A stretch of DNA of 64,000 nucleotides from Squalus acanthias (taxonomy: Eukaryota), in NCBI GenBank assembly GCA_030390025.1, contig CM059432.1:124188001-124252000 (forward strand), written 5' to 3'. The translations under genes and the position numbers were made by a program. The stretch's first letter is position 1; each line of letters begins with the position of its first letter. This document shows, in pieces, positions 13,058-25,040 of the stretch. Under the pieces are notes generated by a model that had not been told where the DNA came from, did not search any database, and saw nothing but the letters and a program-made list of their open reading frames with translations.

Positions 13058-14096
13058 TATGGTTCAGTACATTTACCTCCTACGCTGAAAGCGAAGCCCA
13101 CATTTTGCCTTTTATTAAACAAAGGAGAAATTGGACAAGGTCCCATAGGCATATATTCTTTTGGAATTAGTAATGCTTTACAAAGCTACGTAATACTATG
13201 CAAAAAGATGATGGATCCTAGATTGCTGGTGTTGTATGCAACCAACCCTTCCTTCCTGTTATACGGGCTAAAAATGATCCCAGCACGATGCACCAGAAAC
13301 CGCATTAATGCCTAGTTTTAATTTACATTATATTACAGCAAAATGTTGATCATACCATTTACCACTACTGCAAAGTCAGCAATACAAAATATAAAATGTA
13401 ACCTTTTGTATCTCGCCTATGAATTTTGCACATCTATTAACTCACAGGCGCTGTCGAAAGAAATTGTCATCTCCCTCGTGGTGAAAAAATTGGAGTGTTC
13501 AATTTATCCTGAAGTAAAAAGCCACCTTGCAGTGTTGTGAGCAGGGCGCCTGTGGATTGGTGAGTAACCTGCTGAATTACATCAACTTTTCAACAGGGTT
13601 ACAATTTCCCTTAAACCAATCAGGAACAGGATATTAACAAAAGGTACTGAGTCATGCACTCCCATAAGGAAATGTGTTTTCAGCTCCTTGTTGCCGAATC
13701 TGATAATGCATTTTCATTCCTATCCTTTTGATATTCTTCTGAGAACCCAAGTACTTGGGTAGGCCATAGAGAATTACAGAATACAGCAGTTAAATACTGT
13801 AAGCATAAGCAATCATATAAAGCAGCGCTTCATGTTCAGTCTAAATAGAAACATCTTTTTTCAGCAGTGCATTTTTTAACTGTTCAAATATTCATCTGCT
13901 GGACATATTACTAAACTAAAACCTACCATGAAGGAATGATGCCACAGGGATACAACACAATAGAGAACAGGTCACACTCAGCCACGTGAGATGATAAATA
14001 TCTCCACAAGCAAGGCTGGCCATTTTGACTGCCACCAATGGGTTAAGGTTACATCCCAAGTAGAGATATTTATCACAGCGTGCTGGAAGACATGGT

Positions 14097-14750
14097 GGGC
14101 GCGATCTTTCCAGCCCTGGGGAGGTGGGTATGGAGGCGGGACTGCCGGGAAAATGGCAGAATTTGGAGGCGGGTGGCAAACCCGCCCCCAACCCGCCTCC
14201 ATGCCATCTTCCCAGGAAGCAGGTAGCCGTCCCGCGCCAGGTCCCGTCTCCTTGGATTAAAGCCTATTAACTGCCTGTTAACAGCTAGTTATCAACAGTT
14301 TCCTAGAAGTAAAGGGAATTAGGGGTTACGGGGAGCGGGCAGGAAATTGGACATGAGGCTGAGTTCGGATCGGTCGAGGCCCTGTAGGTGGCGTTGCGGG
14401 CCCAGGGGCTGAGTGGCCGGGTCCTGCTCCTACTTCTTGTGTTCTTTAGATTTCAGGTGAGGATCAGATCAGCCATGATCTTATTGAATGGCGGAACAGG
14501 CTCGAAGGGCCGATTGGCCTACTCCTGCTCCTATTTCTTATGTTCTTATTATGTTCTTATGAAACGTCACACGTTGACGTTCTCTGCAACCGGCTTTCCC
14601 TTAATTGGCCTGCTAAGCCCACTGGGCGGGCTTAACAAGGTCAATCAAGGGAAAATAGCATGGGTTGGCCAGAAGTTGTTGGAGGCGGGACTGAAACCCG
14701 ACAAGTGGGAGTCCCGCCTCCAAAAGCTCCCCATTGGCAAAATCACCCCT
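14097..14750. mobile_element. Harbinger-type MITE with nested CR1 tail
   Basis: Imperfect TIRs gggcgcgatctttcc / ggcaaaatcacccct, with GGT on both flanks. Confidence 0.6.
14292..14561 (+). mobile_element. CR1 3' end with duplicated tail
   Basis: Encodes FLEVKGIRGYGERAGNWT*, followed by a 3' UTR ending (ttcttatg)n. Same subfamily as 25292-26132. Confidence 0.88.
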
Positions 14751-16071
14751 GGTGTGTTTAAATTTAGAATACTTGTAGGGTAGTAGCGACTGAAAAAAAA
14801 GTAATTAATGTATTTTTAAAAGGCAACACAATCATTAGGAGCTCCTCTGTAATGTCGCTATGATATTGTATTATAATTTTACTTCCATTCCTACTTCCCC
14901 ATATATATGATATGAAATTATCTTTCTCATTCACAATAACCTTTGACCATTTGAAATCCTTTCACAACATTCCATCATCGCGTCCACGAATAATTCAAGA
15001 GTAGAATCTACTGTACCCTGCCTGTCTAGAATTTGTTCTCTACAACAGTCAGCACTCTGGCTCTATTTTTCATTCTCAAAAAAGCAAAAAAGTGACACCT
15101 GCTTACTCCCAAACTTCAAAAAAATTCTTCAGTCCTCAAAAGGATGAACTCGTTCACTATTGAGATGTCGCTCACTACAGTTGGAATAACAAAATGATGT
15201 GGTAAATTTGTGAGATGGGGGGGTGCCTAAAACAGAGCCCCACTAAATGCAAGTGCAGGTCGAAGAATCGGGCATGGATGCCAGACATCCGGGCCATGCC
15301 ACTCCCAATATTCTGGTCATTAATTTGGGAGCACCGCATTCGGTAAGACTCTGCTCCAAGCCTCACCCCAGAGAGTTAAAAGTACCGTATGATGTGGCGT
15401 TCCTGAGTTGTATAAAATGTGTCCGTTGGGAGCCAAACTTATTTTCCGTTTATGCTTCGACATCCTAGTAAACTAAACAAGATTTTCTTCTACTATCTGT
15501 TAATGCATCAATCACTAAAGTTTGAACTGAAATCAAATCATAGACTCCTTAAATAAAGCAGTAACCCTCCTCATCATGTACAATGGTTTTGGCCATGTGA
15601 GATAAATATTAAAGTATGCTGTAAGATAAAGTTTTTCTTAACATCTCACAGTGAAATGACCGAGATCAGTAGCTCAATGGTGTGGGATTGTGGGTACAAT
15701 TTACATCATACAAGGGAACTTGGGAGATAACAGATAAAAATATTAATACTTAAAAAATATTTCCTGAGACCCTCTTCGTGACTGTGTGTGGGGGATGCTA
15801 TTTAATTTCCTATCTCACTGTGGGGAAACGGCGAGCAGGCTTTCACTGCAGGAAGAACACGATAAAACAGAGGGGTTGTCTCCTATGCACCTTACTCTGA
15901 GTGGTTTAGACTGAGTCTTGAGGCAGGTTGTGTACCTGCCCTCTTCTGGTTGGGGCACAGCCCAGGTAACTAGAGACAAAAATTTAGTGAAAAAGGCCTG
16001 TGACTCTCTTGTCCTTTCTTTGCACATGTCTTAATGATGTCATCCAACAAGTTTAGTGATGAAACTCATAA

Positions 16072-16077
16072 TTTATT
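16072..16077 (-). promoter_or_regulatory. Candidate polyadenylation signal AATAAA
   Basis: tttatt on the plus strand, about 100 nt downstream of the putative TAA of the CCDC102 exon. Such hexamers are common in AT-rich DNA. Confidence 0.3.
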
Positions 16078-16175
16078 TGAACCTTTTCTTCGCCCCCCAC
16101 CTCACGGAAGTAATGGATCTAATGACACGGAGTGGCTGAGGCTCAGTCCCCTTTCCTTTGCTTCCTCTTGATGTC

Positions 16176-16364
<189 letters not shown>

Positions 16365-17679
16365 TTAAAGCAAATGTGTCACTGAGGCAAATACTATACA
16401 CAGCAGAGTGTTCAATACACCATCTGCTGGGACTCTAAAAAATTATATTCCAATCTTGACTTTTAATAATGAGATCAAAATATAAAAATGACATTAATTA
16501 AACTTGTGCTTCAACAGATCAAGTGCACTTGTTCCAGCAGCCAATAATATGACAGTAGAGGACCTTCCCAGGGCCTGAACGTGCCAAAAAACTGCTTAAT
16601 ACAGCCAGACTAACCCTTCAAGAGAATTCGGATTAAAGTATACAAAGAAGCAAACTGAACATGTACATAAGAACGCATTAAATACAATCATAATTCCTCT
16701 CATAACGAGAAAGCTTCAACTGAAGATCTCAACAATACTGATTACAATATAAACTGTACAGATTTTCAGAACTATTTTTTCCTCAGAGTTTGTATTTTCA
16801 AACACAGAAGGTGATACATTGATGAACTGCATTGGCATCCCAATGTGTTGTGCCACAAAATGGCAAATGGAGGTTCTTATCCTCATCCTCTTTTTCAATT
16901 CCCTCCAATATCTCAGTGAGCAACCTCCTCTAGCCTTATGTCACAGTCTACACTTTTCTCTTCAGACTGAATTACTGCTTGCTCCTCACTCTTTCCACTC
17001 CACCATCAGCAGGTACTCTTTCATTACGTAGACTTTGATTCTTTGGAGCTCTATTCCAAAATCACTTAACCTTTCTTTCCTTCAAAAATGTTCTGAAAAC
17101 TCATTTATTTGGCTACAAACTGCCCCAACCCTGCCTGGTGCCTGCTTGGCTCGTTTTTCCTCTTGTGAAACACTCAGTTTTTCTTCCACATGAAGGTTAC
17201 TATAAAGATACAAGTCCTTGTTGTTGCTGATGACAACATTCTTCCCTTGGCCATGTGCAAAAAGCATCATGCACACTTCATAATGATTAGTTATAGAGCA
17301 GCACTGCCAAAGGCTAAGGGAGTAGATTGCATACCTACTGCCTTGGCCAGGTGTGGTGAATGGTCCTGTGAGACCAAGAATGGGAAGAAAATAATAAAAA
17401 TACTTTACTGCAAAAAAAAAATACGATGAGAATAAATAAATGCAATGTTAATGGGAATATTGTAACGGTCCATTTGCTTAGCAACATTTATTCTCCAGCC
17501 ATTCTACATCATTTGCCTAAAAGGGACAAACAGGTAACGGAAACTCATGATTGAGGTAAGGTGTTCCTGTTGAGAATGTTGTGCTTTTATATATTAACTC
17601 CCAGTATATCGATAACTAGCAGATAGTTGGTTCACATAGAAAAATAATGGCAGCCTTCTTATACAGGAATCAAAATTTA

Positions 17680-17850
17680 ACAGATGCTGGAAATCTGAAG
17701 CAAAAATTGCTGCAAACACTCTTCAAGTCAGGCAGCATCTGTGAAGAAAGAAAGAATGTTAACGCTTCGGGCATAGTCCTTCGTCAGAAGGTTCCGAGGA
17801 AGAGCTATGCCTGAAACATTAACATTCTTCCTTTCTTTACAGATGTTGCC
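17680..17850. mobile_element. Penelope-derived palindromic repeat with two decayed hammerhead motifs
   Basis: ~59-bp inverted arms at 17731-17789 and 17792-17850. The arm consensus is ttCTGACGAagggctatgcccGAAAcgttaac. Confidence 0.7.
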
Positions 17851-18090
17851 ATTCCTATACAGGTGCAGTACAAAACAAAATAACTGCACTTCACCTTTGT
17901 GCAGTTTTCATCAGTATTTCCATAGCTAGTGCCGGCACAAATGGATGTCTCGCTTTAGTACATCAAAAGTGATAGTTTTATCTCGCTGGTGAAATGGAAG
18001 ACCAGTCAGAGCCTTAGTTTCACTTTAACAACCACTGCAAATTACTTGTACCAGGTAGCATAAACTAATAAAACACTAAATACTGACTAA

Positions 18091-18533
18091 GTGTCATCCG
18101 TGACTCAGCTGGTAGCACTCGCACCTCTGAGTCAGAAGATTGCTGGTTCAAGTCCCACTCCAGATACTTGAGCAAAAAATCTAGGCTGTATTGAGGGAGT
18201 ACTGCACTGGCAGAGGGGCTGTCTTTCGAATGAGACATTAAACTGATGCCTCTGCTCCCTCGGGTGGACGTGAATGATCCTATGGCACTATTTTTGGAGA
18301 AGAGCATGGGAGTTAACCTGGTGTCCTGGCCAATATTTATCCTTCAGCTAAAAAAAACAGATTATCTGGTCATTATTGCATTGCTGTTTGTGGGAGCTTG
18401 ATGTACGCAAATTGGCTGCCGCCTTTCCTACAACTGTGATTACAGTTCAAAAGTACTTCATTGACTGTAAAGCACTTTGGGACGTCCTGAGGTCATGAGA
18501 GGTGGGTGCTATATAAATACAAGTCTTTCTTTA
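18091..18533 (+). mobile_element. DeuSINE (SacSINE1-like), full length
   Basis: tRNA head, Deu-domain sequence (gtctttcgaatgagacattaaac..gatcctatggcacta..tgtcctggccaatattt) and an L2-type tail gcactttgggacgtcctgagg..tatataaatacaagtctttc. Confidence 0.85.
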
Positions 18534-19000
18534 TTTTTCACTTGAAATAGTAAAAATGGAGTTGGATTAATTCCTGGTTGAGTAGAGATTTCCGACACGG
18601 TCATGGTACCCCATGGGCACAGCTGGCCTGTGACTGGTCATGGCTCTGGCAAGAGGCCCTACAGCTGAGGTGGGAGATGGCCTGAGTGGATCAAATGAAA
18701 AGGGGTCAAGGAAAGAATCGTTGCAGCCTTCTCTTGCTGTCCCCAAGTGCTCTGATGAACAATGCAGCCGTTACAGTGAAATGAAATGAAATGAAATTTC
18801 CTGGGGCCTACACTGCTCACAGTGCCTTTGCAATGTCATTACGACACAACTAGCTAACGCCACTTCATATGCAATGAACTTAACCAAGAGAATTTCCATG
18901 ATATTCCCCCTGCTGGTGAATGGTGTTATTTTCTAGCCCCCATATATGGATATCAAGTAAATTCAGGGTCAAATGACAATTTTTATTGCAAGTCACAGGG

Positions 19001-20846
19001 TCATAGAGTCATAACGGCACAGAAGGAGGCCATTCGGCCCATCGAGTCCGTGCCGGCTCTCTGTAGAGCAATCCAGTCAGTCCCATTCCCCCGCTCTATC
19101 CCCGTAGCCCTGTAAGTTTATTTCCCTCAAGTGCCTATCCAGTCTCCCCTTGAAAACATTCAGTGTTTCCGCTTCCACCACTTCCGTCGGCAGCGAGTTC
19201 CAGGTCTTCACCACTCGCTGCGTAAAAAAGTTTTTCCTCACGTCTCCCCTGTATCTCTTGCCCAAAACCTTAAATCTGTGTCCCCTAGTCCTTGTACCAT
19301 CAATTAGTGGGAACAGCCTTTCCCCGTCTAGCCTATCCAAACCCGTCATAATCTTGTACACTTCTATCAAATCACCCCTCAACCTCCTTTGCTCTAATGA
19401 AAACAAATCCAGCTTCTCCAACCTGTCCTTGTAGCTAAGATCCCTCATCCCCAGAACCATTCTGGTAAATCTCCTCTGCACCCTCTCAAGGGCGTTCACA
19501 TCCTTCCTAAAGTGTGGTGACCAGAACTGGATGCAATACTCCAGTTGTGGCCTAACCAGCGCTTTATAAAAGTTCAGCATAACTTCTCTACTTTTGTACT
19601 CAATACCTCTATTTATGAAGCCCAAGATCCTATATGCTTTGCTAACCACTCTCTCAACATGTCCCGCCACCTTCAGGGACCTATGCACATTAACTCCCAG
19701 GTCCCTCTGTCCCTGCACACTCTTTAAAACTGTGCCATTAAGTGTGTATTGTCTCTCCCTGTTCCTTCTGCCAAAATGCATCACCTCACACTTACATAAG
19801 AACATAAGACGTAGGAGCAGGAGGAGGTCATTTGGCCCCTCGAGCCTGCTCCGCCATTCAATAAGATCATGGCTGATCTGATATTGGCCTCATCTCCACT
19901 TTCCTGCCCGCTCCTCATAACCCTTGACTCCCTTATCGTTCAAAAATCTGTCTTTCTCCACCTTAAATATATTCAATGACCCAGCCTCCACAGCTCTCTG
20001 GGGAAGAGAATTCCAAAGATTCACGACCCTCTGAGAGAAGAAACTTCTCCTCATTTCCAATTTAAAGGGGTTTCCCCTTATTCTGAAATTATGCCCCCTA
20101 GTTCTAGATTCCCCCACGAGGGGAAACATCCTCTCTACATCTACCCTGTCAAGCCCCTTCAGAATCTTGTAAGTTTCAATAAGATCCCCTCTCATTCTTC
20201 TAAACTCCAATGAGTATAGGCCCAACCTGCTCAATCTTTCTTCATAAGACAACCCCTTCATCTCCAGAATCAATCTCTCTGTATTAAATTCCATCTGCCA
20301 CTTGTCTGCCCATTCTGCTAGCCTTTATATGTCCTGTTGCAGTCGATTGGTATCATCCTCACTGTTTGCCACACCCCCAAGTTTGGTGTCATCGGCAAAT
20401 TTAGAAATTCTACTCTGTATTCCAATATCTAAGTCATTTATATATATCAAAAAAAGCAGTGGCCCCAGCACTGACCCTTGGGGAATGCCACTGTCTACCA
20501 TCCTCCAGTCTGAAAAACAGCCATTTACCACAAGTCGCTGTTTTCTATCCTTAAGCCAATTCCTTATTCAAGCTGCTACTGACCCACCTATTCCGTGAGC
20601 CTCAATTTTGTTAACCAGCCTTCTATGTGGTACTTTGTCAAACACCTTCGTAAAATCCATGTAGACAACATCCATTGCATTCCCTTCATCGATTCTCTCT
20701 GTTATTTCATCAAAGAATTCAATTAGATTTGTCAAACATGATCTGCCTTTTACAAATCCATGTTGGCGCTCCTTAATTAGCTTAAACCTCTCCAAGTGCC
20801 TGTTAATATTTTCCTTGCTTTTCCCACCACTGATGTTAAACTGACC
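19001..20846 (-). mobile_element. CR1 LINE ORF2 3' fragment, split by a second CR1
   Basis: RT motifs QHGFVKGRSCLTNLIEFF, GIPQGSVLGPLLF and KFADDTKL. The peptide MEFNTE|KCEVMHFG is interrupted at 19794-20275. The 242-aa C-terminal ORF is 19077-19805. Confidence 0.95.
19794..20275 (-). mobile_element. CR1 LINE 3' fragment (TTCTTATG-tail family) nested in a CR1
   Basis: Has its own tail (acataagaacataag on the plus strand) and the ORF2 C-terminus GLSYEERLSRLGLYSLEFRRMRGDLIETYKI. Confidence 0.93.
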
Positions 20847-21398
20847 CTTGTGTTGTGTTTTCCTTTCCCTGGCATCATTGGAGTTGCTTTACCATTCACT
20901 CTGACCCCAATATCAAACTGTGATAATTGTCTTATTTACACAACCTTTCCTACACTGAACAAAATGTGTACTCTTATATGTTTCATTCGCGATGTTGTAT
21001 TTACACACTAATTACACTCTTTGTTCCACACACTTACATGCTGGTTTAATTTCCCTTAAAATTAATCAATCGCCACAAATGCGCATTTTGCAATTCATCC
21101 CTGGACTTCAGCCTTTCTTCGCTAGAGATGCTTTTAGTTTGATGGTAGGGTGCTGGGAGAGTGATGCTTCAGTAAGGAACTATAAGCACTGGTCTCCTCA
21201 TTGCTTCTGGCTGTACGTCATTGACCCCGATTGAGCCAATAAGACAGAGACCTGCATTTTGCAATGTCTCCAATGGGCAGTTCTCAGGATCTGGGTGATG
21301 TCAAGCCAAGGATGATGTTGCAGGAGTGATGCTTGGGTCATTTATATTGGCAGCTACCATTGGCGAGAGTACCTTCTGGATGCCTCGACCGACATATT

Positions 21399-23781
21399 GC
21401 CCAGAATTGGCTGGAGCTGGGCCTCTCGCAGTGTGCTCCAGTTGTTAGATTTCTCTCCTCACCCACCAGCTGGAAAAACTTTTGCGCCACAAATTGTGGC
21501 AGGTGCGAGCTAATAATGTACGAGGTCAACGGAGCATCTCGGACCTTGGTGAACGACGGGACCAACAGTCTATCTCCTTAACCAATGGATTTAAGGATTG
21601 AGAAAGAAACAGAGGAACAACAGAGAAGGAAATAGGGTGTAGTAGAGTCAAATAGATACAGCAAGAGAAATAAAGGCCGCGAATTTAATGGAGGAGGCGG
21701 GATGCTGGGGGTGGGGGGGGGGGGGGGAACAGCTGGTTTCCGGGTTCTGGTCCCGCTCCCAGCTGCATCTGCTCTGCAGACATGATTTTCCCTTGATTGG
21801 CCTTGTTAAGCCGGCCTGCGGGCTTCCCGGCCAATTAACAGGAAGCGGGTCTGATGACGTCATTTGATGACGCCTCATCAGCCGGTTTCCTTAAAGGGAC
21901 CACGTCCACGTGGAGTTTGACAGTTGTTCTGTCAGTGTTTGACAGCATTGAGGTGCTGCAAACATTGACAATCACGACACAAAGGTGCACGGCTGCACCC
22001 AGGCTCTCCAATGACTCCCTCCATATGCTTATGGAGGGAGTCGCAGCTCACAGGGAGGTTCTCTTCCCTTCCAACGGCGGAAGAGACCTCCCCAGGATAC
22101 CAACTTACCTTGCACCTCCACCCAACCCTCTCTATCTACTTTATCACTTCCCCATCTCACTAGCCACCCCTCATGCTCACCCTCATCCTACTGCAAGCAT
22201 ACCAACTAACAACACACAAGGGTAGGCACTTGAGAGGTTTAGCCAATGTCCATGTGAAGTTTCTGGTAATGTGTTGTCATACAGTGAAATCTCTTTCAAA
22301 AAGTGCTCCATATTGGACAGATCTGAGCGCACCTTGAGAAGTGTCCTACTGAGTTCCAGTGATTGTTCAGTCATAACTTCCCCCCACTTCCTCCCCCGCT
22401 ATAGTGATGAGTGTGCATGGAATGGCTTGGACATTAAAGGGATGCTTCACGGTGCTGGTGTGGGATGGTGTCAACCTGGCGCATTATGTGGCAGCCAGGG
22501 TTACCAGCGGCAAGTGAAGTAAATCTGGCCATGGTGATGCCATCGCTGGCCTCCCGGGCAGCAAATTTATCAGGGGCTGATGCCCTGTGTCCTGTGCAGC
22601 ATCAGGTGATGGCGGAGAAGGTTGGTGATGTTGTTGGTGATGTTGGTGTACCTGGTGATGTTGGCATTGGGGATGATTGTGGAAGGATTCAGAGGACCAA
22701 GGTCTGATTGTTTCATTGGCTCCAATGTTGCTGCAATAGATGGCAGCTGCAGATGAGATGACAGAAGCGATCTGTCAATGGTGAGAGAGGTTCTCCCAAT
22801 GAGGTGGCACTGGACATACAGTTGGATCTAAAAACTTGTAAGCTAAAGAAATTTCTATCTGTATTAAAAATGTAGTAACCAACATTTTCTGAGCTCTGAA
22901 ACTCACCATCTGCAACATGGCATACTTTACACCACTTCTGCAGCTGTCAGCTTTTCACAAACATCAGAGCAGGCTCAAAACACGGCAGGTTGAGCTGGCA
23001 TGTTCCCCGAACAGCGGGTAACCCGTGGGGGAGAGGTAAAATTAGAAGTAAGCCTCAAAATGCTCTTAAATTGGCTCTCAACAAGCCATTTAAGTAGCTG
23101 AATTGTCTCCCCTACTGCTTGGTGTCGGGTCAGTTCTCCGCTGACAGACCCGACACCTGGGAGACTCGCGTGGAGGCGGGTTGACAGCGGGTTTTTCTAC
23201 CCACTGTCAATCTTTGCTATTTTGACAGTGGACCCGCCTCCAAACCCGCCCCCTCAGCGCTATTAAATTCGCGGCCTCAGAGAGGGCAAAAAAGATTGGA
23301 TTAAGAGAGTGAGAGAAAAAGAGGCAGAAAGGAAAAGTAAGAAAATAATTTAAAAAATTAAATTCTACATTTTAGAAACCTCTAGGAACAATTTACTGCC
23401 TGCAGGAAGGAGACACCATAGTTTCAATTGTTCCCTTTCTGGGCCGGTGTGGTTGAGTAGCATTGCTGGAACACAAATCTCATCATTTAAAGGGTTCTTA
23501 TGTTGTTAAGTACCAGACCTAACTTTCTGCAGCGAGTTTAATTCATGTTAGCAGCGCAAATGTAGCAATTTCTTGAAACTCATGGGGAGGTTGACGGTGA
23601 GTTGGCGGCGAGCTCCCGTTTTTGTGAGGCTAACGGCGGAGTGGCACAAGTCATCCAGAAATTTGTGGCAATTCACAACTCGCGGCGCATCGCTTCCTCA
23701 CCTCAAATTGCTGGGCTATTTACACAGCAACGACGGCGTGCGCATTATACTCGCCGTTATTTTCCCTGCAAATTCTGGCCC
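21399..23781. mobile_element. MITE (host of a nested Harbinger derivative)
   Basis: Imperfect TIRs gcccagaattggc / gcaaattctggccc, with ATT on both flanks. Confidence 0.6.
21674..23277 (+). mobile_element. Internally deleted PIF/Harbinger element
   Basis: Perfect 16-bp TIR aggccgcgaatttaat / attaaattcgcggcct. Myb/SANT remnant (PRLSNDSLHMLMEGVAAHREVLFPSNG). Homologous along its length to 36394-38136. Confidence 0.85.
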
Positions 23782-25040
23782 ATTATCAATGTATAAAAAA
23801 CAGTTACAGGAGCTACCTTTATGTACAGTCCAGAGTAATATCACGAGGAGGTCTCAATCGGGTGCAACTGATCAACAGATGAGCACGCCTAATGATCCGA
23901 TCCGATTTCAGTATTCATATGAAGTATGACTGAACTAAAAGAGCAGTACCTTCATGAGCAAGTGTTTACAGACCGTGCTTTTAGTTAGAAACACGCAATG
24001 CAATGAGATGAATCACATCAAGGCTCATCACTGAGGTCGATCATACAATGGTGAGCACCTGCTCTCTGTAATATTAGGTACAGAGGCCTAACGCTTACAA
24101 CACATCCAGTGGGTATAAAGGAAACTGCGAGCCAGTACGCATGCTATTAATCTCCTGAGCTCAATTTAAACAAGATGCCTGCCCCATAATGGTTACATTG
24201 TGCTCCAGCTGCACAGTGGCCAATTGGAATGAACGCTGAAGGGGAGGTCATCAGAGAAAAAAATTCAATTCAGGCCCCGGAGACCCCTAGACATCCCTCC
24301 TCTCTGGGAAAGTGTGTGCTCAACATGCAGCCAGCAGCCCTTGACTGGATGCTACCCGCTGACAATACAGCCCTGGGGCCACATCCTCAACAGTGTGCCT
24401 GGAGCACCAGTAAATTATGTAAAGAGGGTGACCTCGCTTTATCTGGTGAAGCCAGACCACGTGTACGCATGGCACTCGGGAAGAGATAATTACAGTGGGA
24501 GCAGGCTCGTGTGGAGTATAAACACCGGCATAGACCAGTTGGGTTGAATGGCATGTTCCTTTGCTGTGGATCCTATGTAATTGTATGTATCAGACCCCTT
24601 GTGTCACTGGAGTGTGAGCAGGCCTCCCAACTTTCCTGTATTTGACAGTTACCTCACAATGTCTCACCTGGAGACTGAGATCTCAAACCTCCACCGGGCC
24701 AATGAATTCTGGCTTTACCATTTTACTTTGCCTTTCCATAAGTGCAACAAGGCAGTGATACAACCTACTGTGGCTCTGCTGCACTATGTTCTCCTGTGCC
24801 ACTCTCTCTACAGTTACTTCGCTCAGATCCCTTGAGCTTTGTGGCATTATCACCATGGGCAGATGGTGCTAGACTTTCTCTTCCTGGTCTCAGGAGAAGT
24901 TAGTGACTGCATCATGGGAAGCCCATCCTTCTTTTATTTTCCACTCCATTTCCTGCCTTGCCTTTCACCTGGATAATAGCCTTGCTTTTGCCATCATGCC
25001 TGCAGAGGCTATGCCATTCCCAGTGTTTTCTGCCAAATTT

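Noticed and set aside
18091..18165. tRNA gene
   Set aside because: It is the tRNA-derived head of a DeuSINE and continues into the Deu domain and an L2 tail.
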